From positions 672,001 through 736,000 of the forward strand of contig JAXHNB010000005.1 of assembly GCA_034520945.1 (NCBI GenBank): a stretch of DNA of 64,000 nt. Reading direction: 5' to 3'. Below are positions 49,985 through 59,481 of this stretch, in pieces. The notes under the pieces are model-generated. The model saw nothing but the letters and a program-made list of their open reading frames with translations, had not been told where the DNA came from and searched no databases. The first letter of the stretch is position 1. Every line of letters begins with the position of its first letter. This DNA is from Trueperaceae bacterium. GTDB lineage: Bacteria > Deinococcota > Deinococci > Deinococcales > Trueperaceae. A program made the translations under genes and the position numbers.

Positions 49985-51373
49985 ATGCCGCGTCGCGACC
50001 CCTCTCCCCCCATGGCCCCGGTCCACGCCGTCACCCCCGGCAGCCCCGCCGACGTCGCCGGCGTCGAGGCCGGATGGTCGCTGCTCTCGGTGAACGGCTG
50101 CGAGATTCCGGACGTCCTGGCCTACCGGCGCGAGCTGGCGCGGGGCGAAGCGGAGCTGCGCGTGCGCGCGCCCGGCGGGGCCGAGACCTCGTTCCAGGTG
50201 GCGTGGGAGGATCCCGGGTTGGCGTTCGATGACGTGATCTTCGACGGCATCCGCCTGTGCGCCAACAAGTGCGAGTTCTGCTACGTGCACCAGATGCCGC
50301 AGGGGTTCCGCAAGAGCCTGTACGTGATGGACGACGACTACCGCACCAGCTTTTTGTACGGAAGCTTCGTCACCCTCACCAACCTGAGCGAGGGCGACGT
50401 GCAGCGCATCCTGGACGAGCACCTCAGCCCGCTGTACGTGTCGGTGCACACCGCCGACGAGGACCTGCGGCGCGACATGATGAAGTGGTGGCGCTCGAAG
50501 GTGAAGAGCGAAGCGACCACGCGGATCCGCCACATGATCGAGCGCCTGGCGCCGATCGATCTGTATGCGCAGATGGTGCTCCTCCCCGGCCGCAACGACG
50601 GCGAGCACCTGGAGCGCACCCTGGCCTACCTGGCGTCGCGACCCAACGTGCAGGCCGTCGCCGCCGTCCCCGTGGGCCTGACGGCGCATCGCACCAACCT
50701 GCCGGACCTGAAGCCGTACGACGCTGAGGAGGCGCGCGACGTGGTGCGGCGCGTGCAGGCGTTCCAGGAACGAATGCTGCGCGAGCGGGGCACGCGCTTC
50801 GTGTTCCTGTCCGACGAGTTCTACCTGCGGGCCGGCGTGTCGCTTCCGGACGCCGACGCCTACGAGGGATTCCCGATGTTGGAGAACGGCGTCGGCATGG
50901 TCCGCGACTTCCTGGCCCGTCCGCTGCCGCCGCTGCCGGCGCGGCTGCCGGTGCCGCGGCGCGTGCTGTTGGCGACGGGCAGCCTGTTCGCGCCGGCGCT
51001 GGCGCGCGCCGTCGCGCCGTTGCGGCGGATCGAAGGATTGGAGCTGGAGGTGCGCGCCATCCCCAACCGGACGTTCGGCGAGGTCACCACCGTGGCGGGC
51101 CTGCTGGCGGGGCGCGACCTGCTGCTCGGGGTCCAGCCGGGCGAGGCGGACCTGATGCTGGTCAGCCCCAACGTGGTCAAGTACGGCACCGACGCGTTCC
51201 TGGACGAGCGCACCCTGCCGGAGCTCCGGCGCGAGCTGGCGATGGAGATCGAGGTGGGCGGCACCGACCTGGCCGAGCTGGCGCGGAGCATCCTGACCGG
51301 CACCGGCGAGCGGCACCTGCCCCAGTTCGGGTTCTCGACCCACGCCGTCAAGGAGAACGCCAAGCAACACTGA
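49985..51373 (+). CDS. PDZ plus radical SAM (DUF512) Fe-S protein
   Basis: N-terminal PDZ, CANKCEFC, DDDYRTSFLYGSFVTLTN, SDEFYL, LENGVG. Confidence 0.88.
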   Translation: MPRRDPSPPMAPVHAVTPGSPADVAGVEAGWSLLSVNGCEIPDVLAYRRELARGEAELRVRAPGGAETSFQVAWEDPGLAFDDVIFDGIRLCANKCEFCYVHQMPQGFRKSLYVMDDDYRTSFLYGSFVTLTNLSEGDVQRILDEHLSPLYVSVHTADEDLRRDMMKWWRSKVKSEATTRIRHMIERLAPIDLYAQMVLLPGRNDGEHLERTLAYLASRPNVQAVAAVPVGLTAHRTNLPDLKPYDAEEARDVVRRVQAFQERMLRERGTRFVFLSDEFYLRAGVSLPDADAYEGFPMLENGVGMVRDFLARPLPPLPARLPVPRRVLLATGSLFAPALARAVAPLRRIEGLELEVRAIPNRTFGEVTTVAGLLAGRDLLLGVQPGEADLMLVSPNVVKYGTDAFLDERTLPELRRELAMEIEVGGTDLAELARSILTGTGERHLPQFGFSTHAVKENAKQH

Positions 51374-51409
51374 GCGGAGGCCCGCCCCCCAGCCCGGTAG
51401 CATGGGGGC

Positions 51410-51625
51410 ATGGTGCTTCGTCTGGATCTCACCCATGTGGACGTGACCTGCGTCGGGTCCCACCAAGGGTTGGCGTTGGCGCGGGCGTTGGACGCGTGGG
51501 CGCCTCGCCTGGACGCCGCCGCGCTGGGCGAGCTGCTCGGCAAGGTGTACACCTACGGCCTGATGGGGCGCGAAGGCTTCGAAGACGTACGCCGCGAGCT
51601 CGAGGATGCCGGCGTCGAGGCCTGA
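51410..51625 (+). CDS. Small hypothetical protein (71 aa)
   Basis: TAGCAT 6 nt before the ATG; overlaps the next gene start. Confidence 0.6.
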   Translation: MVLRLDLTHVDVTCVGSHQGLALARALDAWAPRLDAAALGELLGKVYTYGLMGREGFEDVRRELEDAGVEA

Positions 51626-52532
51626 GCCCGACGCCGCGCACGCCGCGGCGGCGGGCGGCGGGCGTCCGGCACGGACCCTGCGGACCTACCTGGCGTTCGT
51701 CAAGTTCGAACACACCCTGTTCGCGCTGCCCTTCGCCTACGCCGGCATGGTCCTCGCGGCCCGCGGGTGGCCCGGCTGGGTCACCTTCGCGTGGATCACC
51801 CTGGCGATGGTGGGCGCACGGACGGCGGCCATGGCGGTCAATCGCGTGGTGGACGCCGAGATCGACGCCCGAAACCCACGAACCCGTGGCCGCGAGATCC
51901 CCAGCGGCCGCCTGCGCCGCCGCGACGGACTGGCCTTGGCGGCGGCGGGGTTCGCGGCGTTGGCGTGGGCCGGCTGGTCGCTGAACCCGCTGACCTTCGC
52001 GCTGCTGCCCCTCGCCGTGGCGTTCATGGTGGTCTACCCCTACACCAAGCGGCTGACGTGGGCGTGCCACGCCTGGCTCGGCGTCACCATCGGGGCGGCC
52101 GCCGCGGGGGGCGCCATCGGCGTCACCGGCCGCATGGACCTGCAGGCGATCACGCTGTGGCTGGCGGTCGCCGCGTGGATCGGGGGGTTCGACGTGGTGT
52201 ACGGCCTGCTCGACCTGGAGGTCGACCGTCGCCAAGGCATCCAGAGCGTGCCGGCTCGGTTCGGGCCCGCCGTCGCGCTCCGCGTGGCCGCGTGGGCGCA
52301 CGCCGTCTCGTTGCTGACGTTGATCGGGCTGGCGGCGGTGACGCCCTTGGGCGCCTTGTACCTGGTCGTGGTGATCCTCGGCGTCGGGCCGATCCTGGCA
52401 CTGCAGCACCTGCTGTTGCGCCGGCGGGGGGTGGCCGCGGCGCTGCGCGCCTTCAACGCCAACCTGTGGGTGTCGGGTCTGGTGTTGCTCGGCGTGACCC
52501 TCGACCTGGCGGGGTTCGCCGGGGCGCTGTGA
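51606..52532 (+). CDS. UbiA-family prenyltransferase (MqnP-like, futalosine pathway)
   Basis: KFEHTLFALPF, NRVVDAEIDARNPRT, YPYTKR, GFDVVY, DRRQG. Confidence 0.88.
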   Translation: MPASRPEPDAAHAAAAGGGRPARTLRTYLAFVKFEHTLFALPFAYAGMVLAARGWPGWVTFAWITLAMVGARTAAMAVNRVVDAEIDARNPRTRGREIPSGRLRRRDGLALAAAGFAALAWAGWSLNPLTFALLPLAVAFMVVYPYTKRLTWACHAWLGVTIGAAAAGGAIGVTGRMDLQAITLWLAVAAWIGGFDVVYGLLDLEVDRRQGIQSVPARFGPAVALRVAAWAHAVSLLTLIGLAAVTPLGALYLVVVILGVGPILALQHLLLRRRGVAAALRAFNANLWVSGLVLLGVTLDLAGFAGAL

Positions 52533-52596
52533 GCCCCGTGGCGGCGTCGGACGCCCCGGCGACGCGCCTGCGCTGCGGCGTTGATAGCCTGGAGGG

Positions 52597-53253
52597 GTGG
52601 ACGAAGTCGCCGTGTTCCCGCTGGACGTGGTCGTGTTCCCGGGCATGACCGTGCCGCTCCAGGTGTACGAGGAGCGGTACAAGCGCCTGGTGCAGCACGC
52701 CAGTGAGCGGACGCCGCCGCACTTCGCGATCGCCCCGCCGCCCCCCGACCGCCTGGACGAGTACGGGCCGGACCGCCCCGGCACGGTGGGGACCCTGACC
52801 GAGGTGATGGACGTCAGCGACAACCTGGACGGGACGCTGCGCGTCCTGGGGCACGGCCGGGAGCGTTGCCGGCTGCACTACCGCCGGGAGGAGCGCATCG
52901 CGGAACGAAGCGGCGGCGAACGCCCGCTCTGGTTCGCCGATCCCGAGGCGTGGCCGTTGCAACGCGGCGACCCCAACGCCGAGCGCGTGGCGGCCTGGGA
53001 CGCCCTGGACGCGTTCCAGGATTACGGCAAGGCGTTCTTCGCCCCGCAGGCCAGGCGGCAGGCGCGCGCTGCCATGCCGGACGATCCCCTGTACCAGGCC
53101 TCGTTCGTGTGCGCCAACCTGCGGCTGCCGGTCGAGGACGCGCAACGGCTGCTGGAGGCCGACAGTCTCGAGGCGCGCTTCTCCGCGGCACGCGAGGCCA
53201 TCAAGGACCGGCTGGCGGAACGTCGGGACGGTCCCGACGGCGGATCCGCGTGA
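52597..53253 (+). CDS. Stand-alone Lon substrate-binding (N) domain protein
   Basis: VFPLDVVVFPG..PLQVYEERY, QRLLE. Confidence 0.8.
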   Translation: MDEVAVFPLDVVVFPGMTVPLQVYEERYKRLVQHASERTPPHFAIAPPPPDRLDEYGPDRPGTVGTLTEVMDVSDNLDGTLRVLGHGRERCRLHYRREERIAERSGGERPLWFADPEAWPLQRGDPNAERVAAWDALDAFQDYGKAFFAPQARRQARAAMPDDPLYQASFVCANLRLPVEDAQRLLEADSLEARFSAAREAIKDRLAERRDGPDGGSA

Positions 53254-54320
53254 GCGACGGGCCGGTCTTCGACTGGTCCGCGTTGCCGGCCGTCACCGCC
53301 GAGCTGCCCGGCGTCGGCGGCGTCCTGCGCAGCACCCTGGACGATTTCCGCGTGGTCGAGGAGCCGAGCTACCTGCCGCAGGGCAGCGGCTCCCACCTGT
53401 ACCTGTACGTCCGCAAGCGGGGCGTCACCACCCGGGCGCTGGTGTCGGCGTTGCAGGCGGCCGGCGTCCCCGACGCACGGATCGGGGTGGCGGGCCTGAA
53501 GGACAAGCACGCGGTCACCGAACAGTGGATCTCCATTCCGTGGGGTCAGGCCGAGGCGGCGGACGCCTTGGACGAGCTCGAAGGCGTCGAGGTGGTGACG
53601 CGCAACCGGCACAAGAACAAGCTCGGCACGGGGCACCTCCGCGGCAATCGGTTCGAGGTGACCGTTCGCGACGTGTCCGCGGACGCGGAGGCGCGGGCGC
53701 GGGCGGTGCTGGACCGCCTGGTCGCCGGGGGCGCCCCCAACTACTTCGGGCCGCAACGCTTCGGGCGCTTCGGTCGCAACGCCGTCGATGGGCTGAAGCT
53801 GTTGCGGGGCGAGCAGGTGCCCGGCGACCGGCGGCTGCAACGCTTCTTCGTGTCGGCGGTGCAGAGCCACCTGTTCAACCGCCTGCTGGCGGACCGGATC
53901 GTGGACGGGCTGTACGACACCGTGCTGCCGGGCGACTGGGCCCGCCGCCTGGACTCCGGCGGGGTGTTCCGCGTCGAGGACGCCGCGGAGGGGGCCCGCG
54001 CGGCCCGACTCGAGATCACGGCGCTGCTGCCGTTGCACGGGCGCAAGGTCCGCATCTCGAGCGACGAGCCGGGCCGGCGCGAGGAGGAGGCCCTGGCGGC
54101 GCTGGGCTTGCGCTGGCGCGACCTGGTCGGGCGGCGCGGCGACCGCCGGCCCAGCCGCGTGGTGCCCCGTGACGTCGAGGTGCAAGCGCTGCCGGACGGC
54201 CTGCGCGTGGCCTTTGCCCTGCCCAAGGGCGCGTACGCCACCTCGGTGCTGCGCGAGGTCACCAAGACGGCGGTCGACGCGCCCGTCCCTTCGCCCACGC
54301 ACGACGCCGCGTCACCGTAG
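53250..54320 (+). CDS. truD: tRNA pseudouridine(13) synthase
   Basis: DFRVVE, AGLKDKHAVTEQW, GNRF, PNYFGPQRFG, LPKGAYAT. Confidence 0.95.
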   Translation: MSDGPVFDWSALPAVTAELPGVGGVLRSTLDDFRVVEEPSYLPQGSGSHLYLYVRKRGVTTRALVSALQAAGVPDARIGVAGLKDKHAVTEQWISIPWGQAEAADALDELEGVEVVTRNRHKNKLGTGHLRGNRFEVTVRDVSADAEARARAVLDRLVAGGAPNYFGPQRFGRFGRNAVDGLKLLRGEQVPGDRRLQRFFVSAVQSHLFNRLLADRIVDGLYDTVLPGDWARRLDSGGVFRVEDAAEGARAARLEITALLPLHGRKVRISSDEPGRREEEALAALGLRWRDLVGRRGDRRPSRVVPRDVEVQALPDGLRVAFALPKGAYATSVLREVTKTAVDAPVPSPTHDAASP

Positions 54321-56687
54321 GCGGACGCGGCGCAGGACCAGCTCCAACAGGAACAACGTCCCGGCCAGGGCCAACGCCCACGGGGCCAGGGAACGCGGTC
54401 GGGGCGCCGGGCCCGGATCCCACGCGTCGCCTGGGGACAGGACGCGCCCGCCGCTCGTTTCCGCCAAGCGTTCCAGCGCCGCCCTCCCGTCGCCCGTGCG
54501 CAGTTCCGGATTCTGCGCCAGGTAGCGTGCGCGGGCGACCACCTCGCCGCCCTGCGACACCACGATCGGCTCGCCCGCCGCGGCGGCGGGAAGATCGGTG
54601 GCGTACCGCCCCGGCCCGACCGCGCGGAGCGGCCGCTCGCGCCCGCCCGCCCGCGCGGTGAGGGAGAGACCGTCCAGGAAGCGCCCGTCCTCCACCGCGT
54701 CCACCACCAGGGAGGTATCTTCGCCGTCCTGGCGGACCTGGGCGGCGAACCGTTCGGGGCGCGCCGCCAGCCAGCGCACCAGGTCGCCCAGCACCGTGGG
54801 CAGCTCCGGCCAGCTGCCGAGCGCCCCCGCCAGCCCCCCCAGGTCGCTGGTGAACGCGGCCGTGCGGCCGAGCTGTTGGCGGCGCACCGCCAACAGCGGC
54901 TCCTCGTCGCCGTAGGTCCACAGCGCCTCCGCGTCGGGCTTGAGGGTGGTCGCGACGTAGGCATTCGGCGCCGGGGGGCCGCCGCTGCCGGCCAGGAGCG
55001 GGTGGGGGCGCACCTCCGGCGCGCCCGGATCGTCGCGGAGGAGGGTGCGGCTCACCGTCATCGCCTCCCCGGCGAAGATCCGGGGGAGGGTGCTGACGTC
55101 CAGCGCTTCGTAGTAGCGCCCGTCGCCCGCGTCGGCGAGGGCCCGCAGGCGCGCGAAGTCCGCCTGCTCCCCGATCGCGATCGTGCTGAGTGTGATGCCG
55201 GCCTCGCGGGCCGCGTCCACCTCGCCGACCAGGTCGACCGGGTCGCCGCCGAACGGGCCCTGCCCGTCGTAGAGACGACCGTCGGACAGCACGATCAGGT
55301 GCTTGATGGAGGCGTCGCTGTCGCGAAGAGCGTCGATCGCCTCGACCAGGGCGGGGCCGAGGATGGTGCCGCCGCCGGTGCCGAGTTGTCGAATGGCGCT
55401 CAGCATCTCCAATTTGCCGCGCGCCGTCGCGGGGCGAAGCTCGAACACCCAGTCGCGGTCGTCGTCGAAGGCGATCAGGCCCAGCTGATCGCGTTCGAAG
55501 GCCAACTCGACCACCTCCGCTGCCCCCTGGCGCGCCAGCGCGATCTTGCTGGGCGCGCCGCCCGCCATGGAGCCGGACCGGTCCAGCACCATCACCATGG
55601 CCAGCAGCGGCACCTGCACCTCCGAGCGCAGGTCGCTGTCGACCGGCAGGACCGCCTCGACCGGCGTGCGGTACCACCCGCCCAGCCCGAAGCTCTCGGG
55701 ACCGCCCGTCATCAGCAGGCCGCCGCCGTCGTTGACCCAATCGGCCAGGGCCTCCAGCTGCCGGGCGGTGAAGTCGGCCGCGCTGCCGCGGAGGACCACC
55801 GCGCCCGCGTCGATCGGCAGGCGCATCTCGCCGGGCGTCATGCGGCGGACCGGCAGGCCTTGCGCCTCCAACAGCTCGGCGAAGGCGGGATCGCCGACCA
55901 CCCATACCGGATCGCGCGATTCCAGATCGACGTCCAGCGCCAGCGCGTCGTCGCGGGTCGGTTGCGTCCAGGGAGCGCGTACGCTCGCCTCGATCCGCGC
56001 CGGCCCCGTCTCGGGAAGCGTGATGCGCACCGGGACGGTGCTCCGCCCCGTCGGAACCTCGACGCGGCGTTCGTGCACGACCGTGTCGCCCAGCCGGATC
56101 TCGACCAAGGCCGGCCCGGCCCGGTCGGACGTCAGCGCCAGCTCCAGGCGCACCGTGCTTCCCGGCGCGGCGCGAAGGGGGGCCCGAACGGTCGCCAAGC
56201 GCAGGTTTTCGACGCTTTCCACCGGCATCACGTCGACGGGGACGTCCGGACGGGCCGACACGGGGTCGCCTTCGGTGTCGAGGCCGTCCCCGATGACCAG
56301 CACGCGGCCCACATTGCGGGCGGTGGCGGCCGCCAGGGCTCGCCCCAGGTCGGTTCGGCCGACGTTCAGTCCTTGGGCGGCCGCGGCGTCCAGGTCGGAC
56401 GCCTCGCTGGGCTCGCCGGCGTAGTGCCACACGTCGAGGCGCACCCCTTCGGGCACGTCGAGCCCGGCGGCGGCACGCAGCGCCGCGTCGCCGACGCTGT
56501 CGGAGACGTCGGCCAGCACCGCGACGGTCTCGGCAGGACGCGGCACGACCGGGTCGGCGAGGGCGAGGAGGAGGGTAGCGACGATGGCTGCGCGCAGGAG
56601 CCGGCCCCGTCCGCGCGGCAGCAACGGAAGGGCCAACAGCCCGAGCAGCCAGAGCGGATGGCTCAGGGCCACCGGCAGGGCGTCCAC
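54312..56687 (-). CDS. VWA-domain membrane protein with glutamine-amidotransferase-like domain
   Basis: N- and C-terminal TM, MIDAS DVSDS and DRSGS, GGGT, LSDG, GGGLLMTGGPESFGLGGW. Confidence 0.8.
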   Translation of the reverse strand: MDALPVALSHPLWLLGLLALPLLPRGRGRLLRAAIVATLLLALADPVVPRPAETVAVLADVSDSVGDAALRAAAGLDVPEGVRLDVWHYAGEPSEASDLDAAAAQGLNVGRTDLGRALAAATARNVGRVLVIGDGLDTEGDPVSARPDVPVDVMPVESVENLRLATVRAPLRAAPGSTVRLELALTSDRAGPALVEIRLGDTVVHERRVEVPTGRSTVPVRITLPETGPARIEASVRAPWTQPTRDDALALDVDLESRDPVWVVGDPAFAELLEAQGLPVRRMTPGEMRLPIDAGAVVLRGSAADFTARQLEALADWVNDGGGLLMTGGPESFGLGGWYRTPVEAVLPVDSDLRSEVQVPLLAMVMVLDRSGSMAGGAPSKIALARQGAAEVVELAFERDQLGLIAFDDDRDWVFELRPATARGKLEMLSAIRQLGTGGGTILGPALVEAIDALRDSDASIKHLIVLSDGRLYDGQGPFGGDPVDLVGEVDAAREAGITLSTIAIGEQADFARLRALADAGDGRYYEALDVSTLPRIFAGEAMTVSRTLLRDDPGAPEVRPHPLLAGSGGPPAPNAYVATTLKPDAEALWTYGDEEPLLAVRRQQLGRTAAFTSDLGGLAGALGSWPELPTVLGDLVRWLAARPERFAAQVRQDGEDTSLVVDAVEDGRFLDGLSLTARAGGRERPLRAVGPGRYATDLPAAAAGEPIVVSQGGEVVARARYLAQNPELRTGDGRAALERLAETSGGRVLSPGDAWDPGPAPRPRSLAPWALALAGTLFLLELVLRRVRLR

Positions 56688-56750
56688 AACGACATGCTAG
56701 CAGCGCCCCGGAACTCGGGCCATGAGCGCGCTTGCTATGATGTTCACGAT

Positions 56751-57932
56751 ATGGATGCTCCCGAGGTCTCGTCCGCGCCGTACGTCCTGCTCGCCACCGA
56801 TGGGGAACGGCGCGGCTCGGGCTTGCAACGCGTCACCGACGACCTCGGCTACGCCAGCGAAGTGTTCACGGACGTCGAGGCGCTGCTCTACCACACCCGG
56901 GGCGCCGTGCCCGAAGCGTTGGTGATCGAGCAGGCCCTTCTGGAGCGCGTGCCGCAGTTGGACGTGTTGTCGTTGCTGCGCCGCCGCAAGGAACTCACCG
57001 AGGTCCCGCTGCTGGTGTTGGGCGCCGACGATCCCGAGCGCCACGCCCGTGCGGTCGCCGCGGGTGCAGACGTCTACCTGGCGCTGCCGACCCGTCCGGC
57101 CGTGGTCCGTGCGCACCTGTCGCGGCTGTTGGACCGGCGCCAGCGCGACCGGCAGCTCCGCGCGGCGCTGGAGCGCGCACGCGCGTTCGAGCACGCCTAC
57201 AAGGACTCCGAGCGGGTCAAGGACGACCTGACGCACATGCTGGTCCACGACCTGAAGAGCCCGATCTCGAGCGTGATGGGGTTGTTGGACCACAGCATCG
57301 AGATGCTGTCCAGTGGGGAAGGGGACGCGTCCGTGTCGGAACTGCTCACCCTGGCCCGCAACGAGTCGCAACACCTGCTGAGCCTGGCGGCCAACATCCT
57401 GGACGTGCGGCGCATGAAGGAGGGCCACATGCCGTACCAGCCCGAGGAGGTCGCCAGCCTCACCAAGCTGGCGAAGGAGGCGCTCGGGGACGTCTCAGGC
57501 GGCCCACGCGAGCGGAACTTCGGGTTTCTGGTCCGACCGGAGGCCGAATCGCTGCACGCCGACCCCAAGTTGCTGCGGCGGGTGATGGCCAACCTGATGG
57601 CCAACGCCATCAAGCACACGCGCCGCGGCGGCTACATCGACTTTCGGGCCTGGAAGCAGGACGACGCGTTCGTGCTGTCGGTGCGCGACGATGGCGAGGG
57701 GATTCCCGAGGCCGACCAGAAGCGAATCTTCAACGCCTTCGAGCAGTCGCGCCACACCATTCACGACCGTTTCGACACCGGGATGGGCCTCACCTTCTGC
57801 AAGCTGGCGGTCGAGAAGCACGGCGGTTCGATCTGGGTCGAGTCCCGCTCCGGCAAGGGCAGCACCTTCTTCTTCACCATCCCCGTCGACGTGGCGGCCC
57901 GGGCCGGGGACGACCCGGTCGCCGTGGCCTGA
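56751..57932 (+). CDS. Cytoplasmic histidine kinase with N-terminal pseudo-receiver
   Basis: HDLKSP, NAIKH, DDGEGIP, GMGL, HGG; degenerate REC fold at the N-terminus. Confidence 0.88.
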   Translation: MDAPEVSSAPYVLLATDGERRGSGLQRVTDDLGYASEVFTDVEALLYHTRGAVPEALVIEQALLERVPQLDVLSLLRRRKELTEVPLLVLGADDPERHARAVAAGADVYLALPTRPAVVRAHLSRLLDRRQRDRQLRAALERARAFEHAYKDSERVKDDLTHMLVHDLKSPISSVMGLLDHSIEMLSSGEGDASVSELLTLARNESQHLLSLAANILDVRRMKEGHMPYQPEEVASLTKLAKEALGDVSGGPRERNFGFLVRPEAESLHADPKLLRRVMANLMANAIKHTRRGGYIDFRAWKQDDAFVLSVRDDGEGIPEADQKRIFNAFEQSRHTIHDRFDTGMGLTFCKLAVEKHGGSIWVESRSGKGSTFFFTIPVDVAARAGDDPVAVA

Positions 57933-57937
57933 GCGTC

Positions 57938-58576
57938 GTGCGCCCCGGCGCGGCCGGCAGGGCGCCGGCGTGGGCGTTCGAGAGGCGCTTGTGGCGGGCG
58001 GGCCACACGCCGGTCGCCGGGGTCGACGAAGCCGGCCGCGGGGCCTGGGCCGGACCGATCGTGGCCGCCGCGGTCGTCCTCCCGCACGGCGTGCACCCGT
58101 TTCGGGACTCGAAGACGTTGTCCCCCGCCCGTCGCGAGGTCCTGGCGGCGGAGGTCCGTGCCTGCGCCCTGGCGTGGGCGGTCGGTCGCGCCGAGGCGGG
58201 GGAGGTGGACGCGGTGGGGGTGCTGGCCGCGACCCACCTGGCGGCGGGGCGGGCGCTGGCCCGCCTCACGGTGCGGCCGCGGGCCCTGGTGACCGACTAC
58301 CTCCGGCTGCCCTGGCCCGGGCCGGTGTTGGCGCCCCCACGGGCCGACGCGCGCAGCGTGCAGGCGGCCGCCGCCAGTCTGTTGGCGAAGACGGCCCGCG
58401 ACCGCTGGATGGCCGAGGTGGCCGACGCGCGCTTTGGCGCGTACGGCTTCGCCGGGCACAAGGGGTACGGCGCGCCCGTGCACCTGGCCGCGCTGCGTGC
58501 GCACGGACCCTGCTGCCTGCACCGCCGCCGCTTCGCGCCGGTGCGGGGGGTGCTGGCCGGCGAGACCGAACGGTGA
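57938..58576 (+). CDS. rnhB: Ribonuclease HII
   Basis: GVDEAGRG, RDSK, AASLLAK, HKGYG, HRR. Confidence 0.92.
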   Translation: MRPGAAGRAPAWAFERRLWRAGHTPVAGVDEAGRGAWAGPIVAAAVVLPHGVHPFRDSKTLSPARREVLAAEVRACALAWAVGRAEAGEVDAVGVLAATHLAAGRALARLTVRPRALVTDYLRLPWPGPVLAPPRADARSVQAAAASLLAKTARDRWMAEVADARFGAYGFAGHKGYGAPVHLAALRAHGPCCLHRRRFAPVRGVLAGETER

Positions 58577-58659
58577 CGCGCCGCCTGCGGGGACGGTATC
58601 GTGAGCCGCGACCAACCTGAACGTTCCGCGGCCGCGCGCCGCACGAGGGGGAGTTCTAC

Positions 58660-59460
58660 GTGGCCGAGTGCATCGGCGTGAAGTTCGACAACGGCCCCAA
58701 GATCCATTGGGTCCGGAGTCCGGCGGAGGCACCGGCGCCGGGCAGCGCCTGCGTGGTGCAGAGCCGGCGCGGCCTCGAGGTCGGGCGGGTCCGCACCGAG
58801 CCCCGTAGCCAAGATCGCGTCTCCGGTGAGGTCGTGCGCGTCGCCAGCGAGGAGGACCTCGCGTTGCAGCAACGCCTGGCGCAGCGCGCCGAGGACCTGA
58901 CCTGGTTGTTGCGGGCCCGTGCGCGTCAGCACGGGGCCGGCGACGTCAAGATCGTGTCGCTCGAGTTCACGCTGGACGAGAGCCTGCTGCTGGTGCACTA
59001 CGCCGCCGAGACGCATCCCGCGCTACGGGTGTTGGCGCAGGAGCTGGTGCAGTACACCTCGGCGCGGATCGAGTTCGTCAACGTCGGCCCACGCGACGAG
59101 GCCCGCATCCTCGGCACCCTGGGCGCCTGCGGAGAGGGGTCGTGCTCCTCGACCTGGCTGCAGGGGTTCCGTTCCGTGTCGATCCGAATGGCGCGCGATC
59201 AGCAGTTGCCGCTCAACCCGGAGAAGATCAGCGGACCGTGCGGCCGGTTGATGTGCTGCCTGCAGTACGAGCACGACATGTACAAGGAGCTGCTTCAGCG
59301 CCTGCCGAAGAAGGGCGGCCGCGCCTGCCACACCGAGAGCGGCGCCTGCGGTCGCGTGATCAAGCTGGATCCGCTGCGCGGCACCGCGGACCTCCGCACC
59401 GACGACGGCGTGCTGGAGGGCGTACCGGCCGAATCGCTGACGCGGCCGAGCGAGCGCTGA
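58660..59460 (+). CDS. PSP1-domain protein (RicT/YaaT family)
   Basis: GPRDEAR, GACG..CSS, MARDQ, KISGPCGRLMCCL. Confidence 0.88.
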   Translation: MAECIGVKFDNGPKIHWVRSPAEAPAPGSACVVQSRRGLEVGRVRTEPRSQDRVSGEVVRVASEEDLALQQRLAQRAEDLTWLLRARARQHGAGDVKIVSLEFTLDESLLLVHYAAETHPALRVLAQELVQYTSARIEFVNVGPRDEARILGTLGACGEGSCSSTWLQGFRSVSIRMARDQQLPLNPEKISGPCGRLMCCLQYEHDMYKELLQRLPKKGGRACHTESGACGRVIKLDPLRGTADLRTDDGVLEGVPAESLTRPSER

Positions 59461-59481
59461 CGCGCCCGGGACCCCGTCCCC

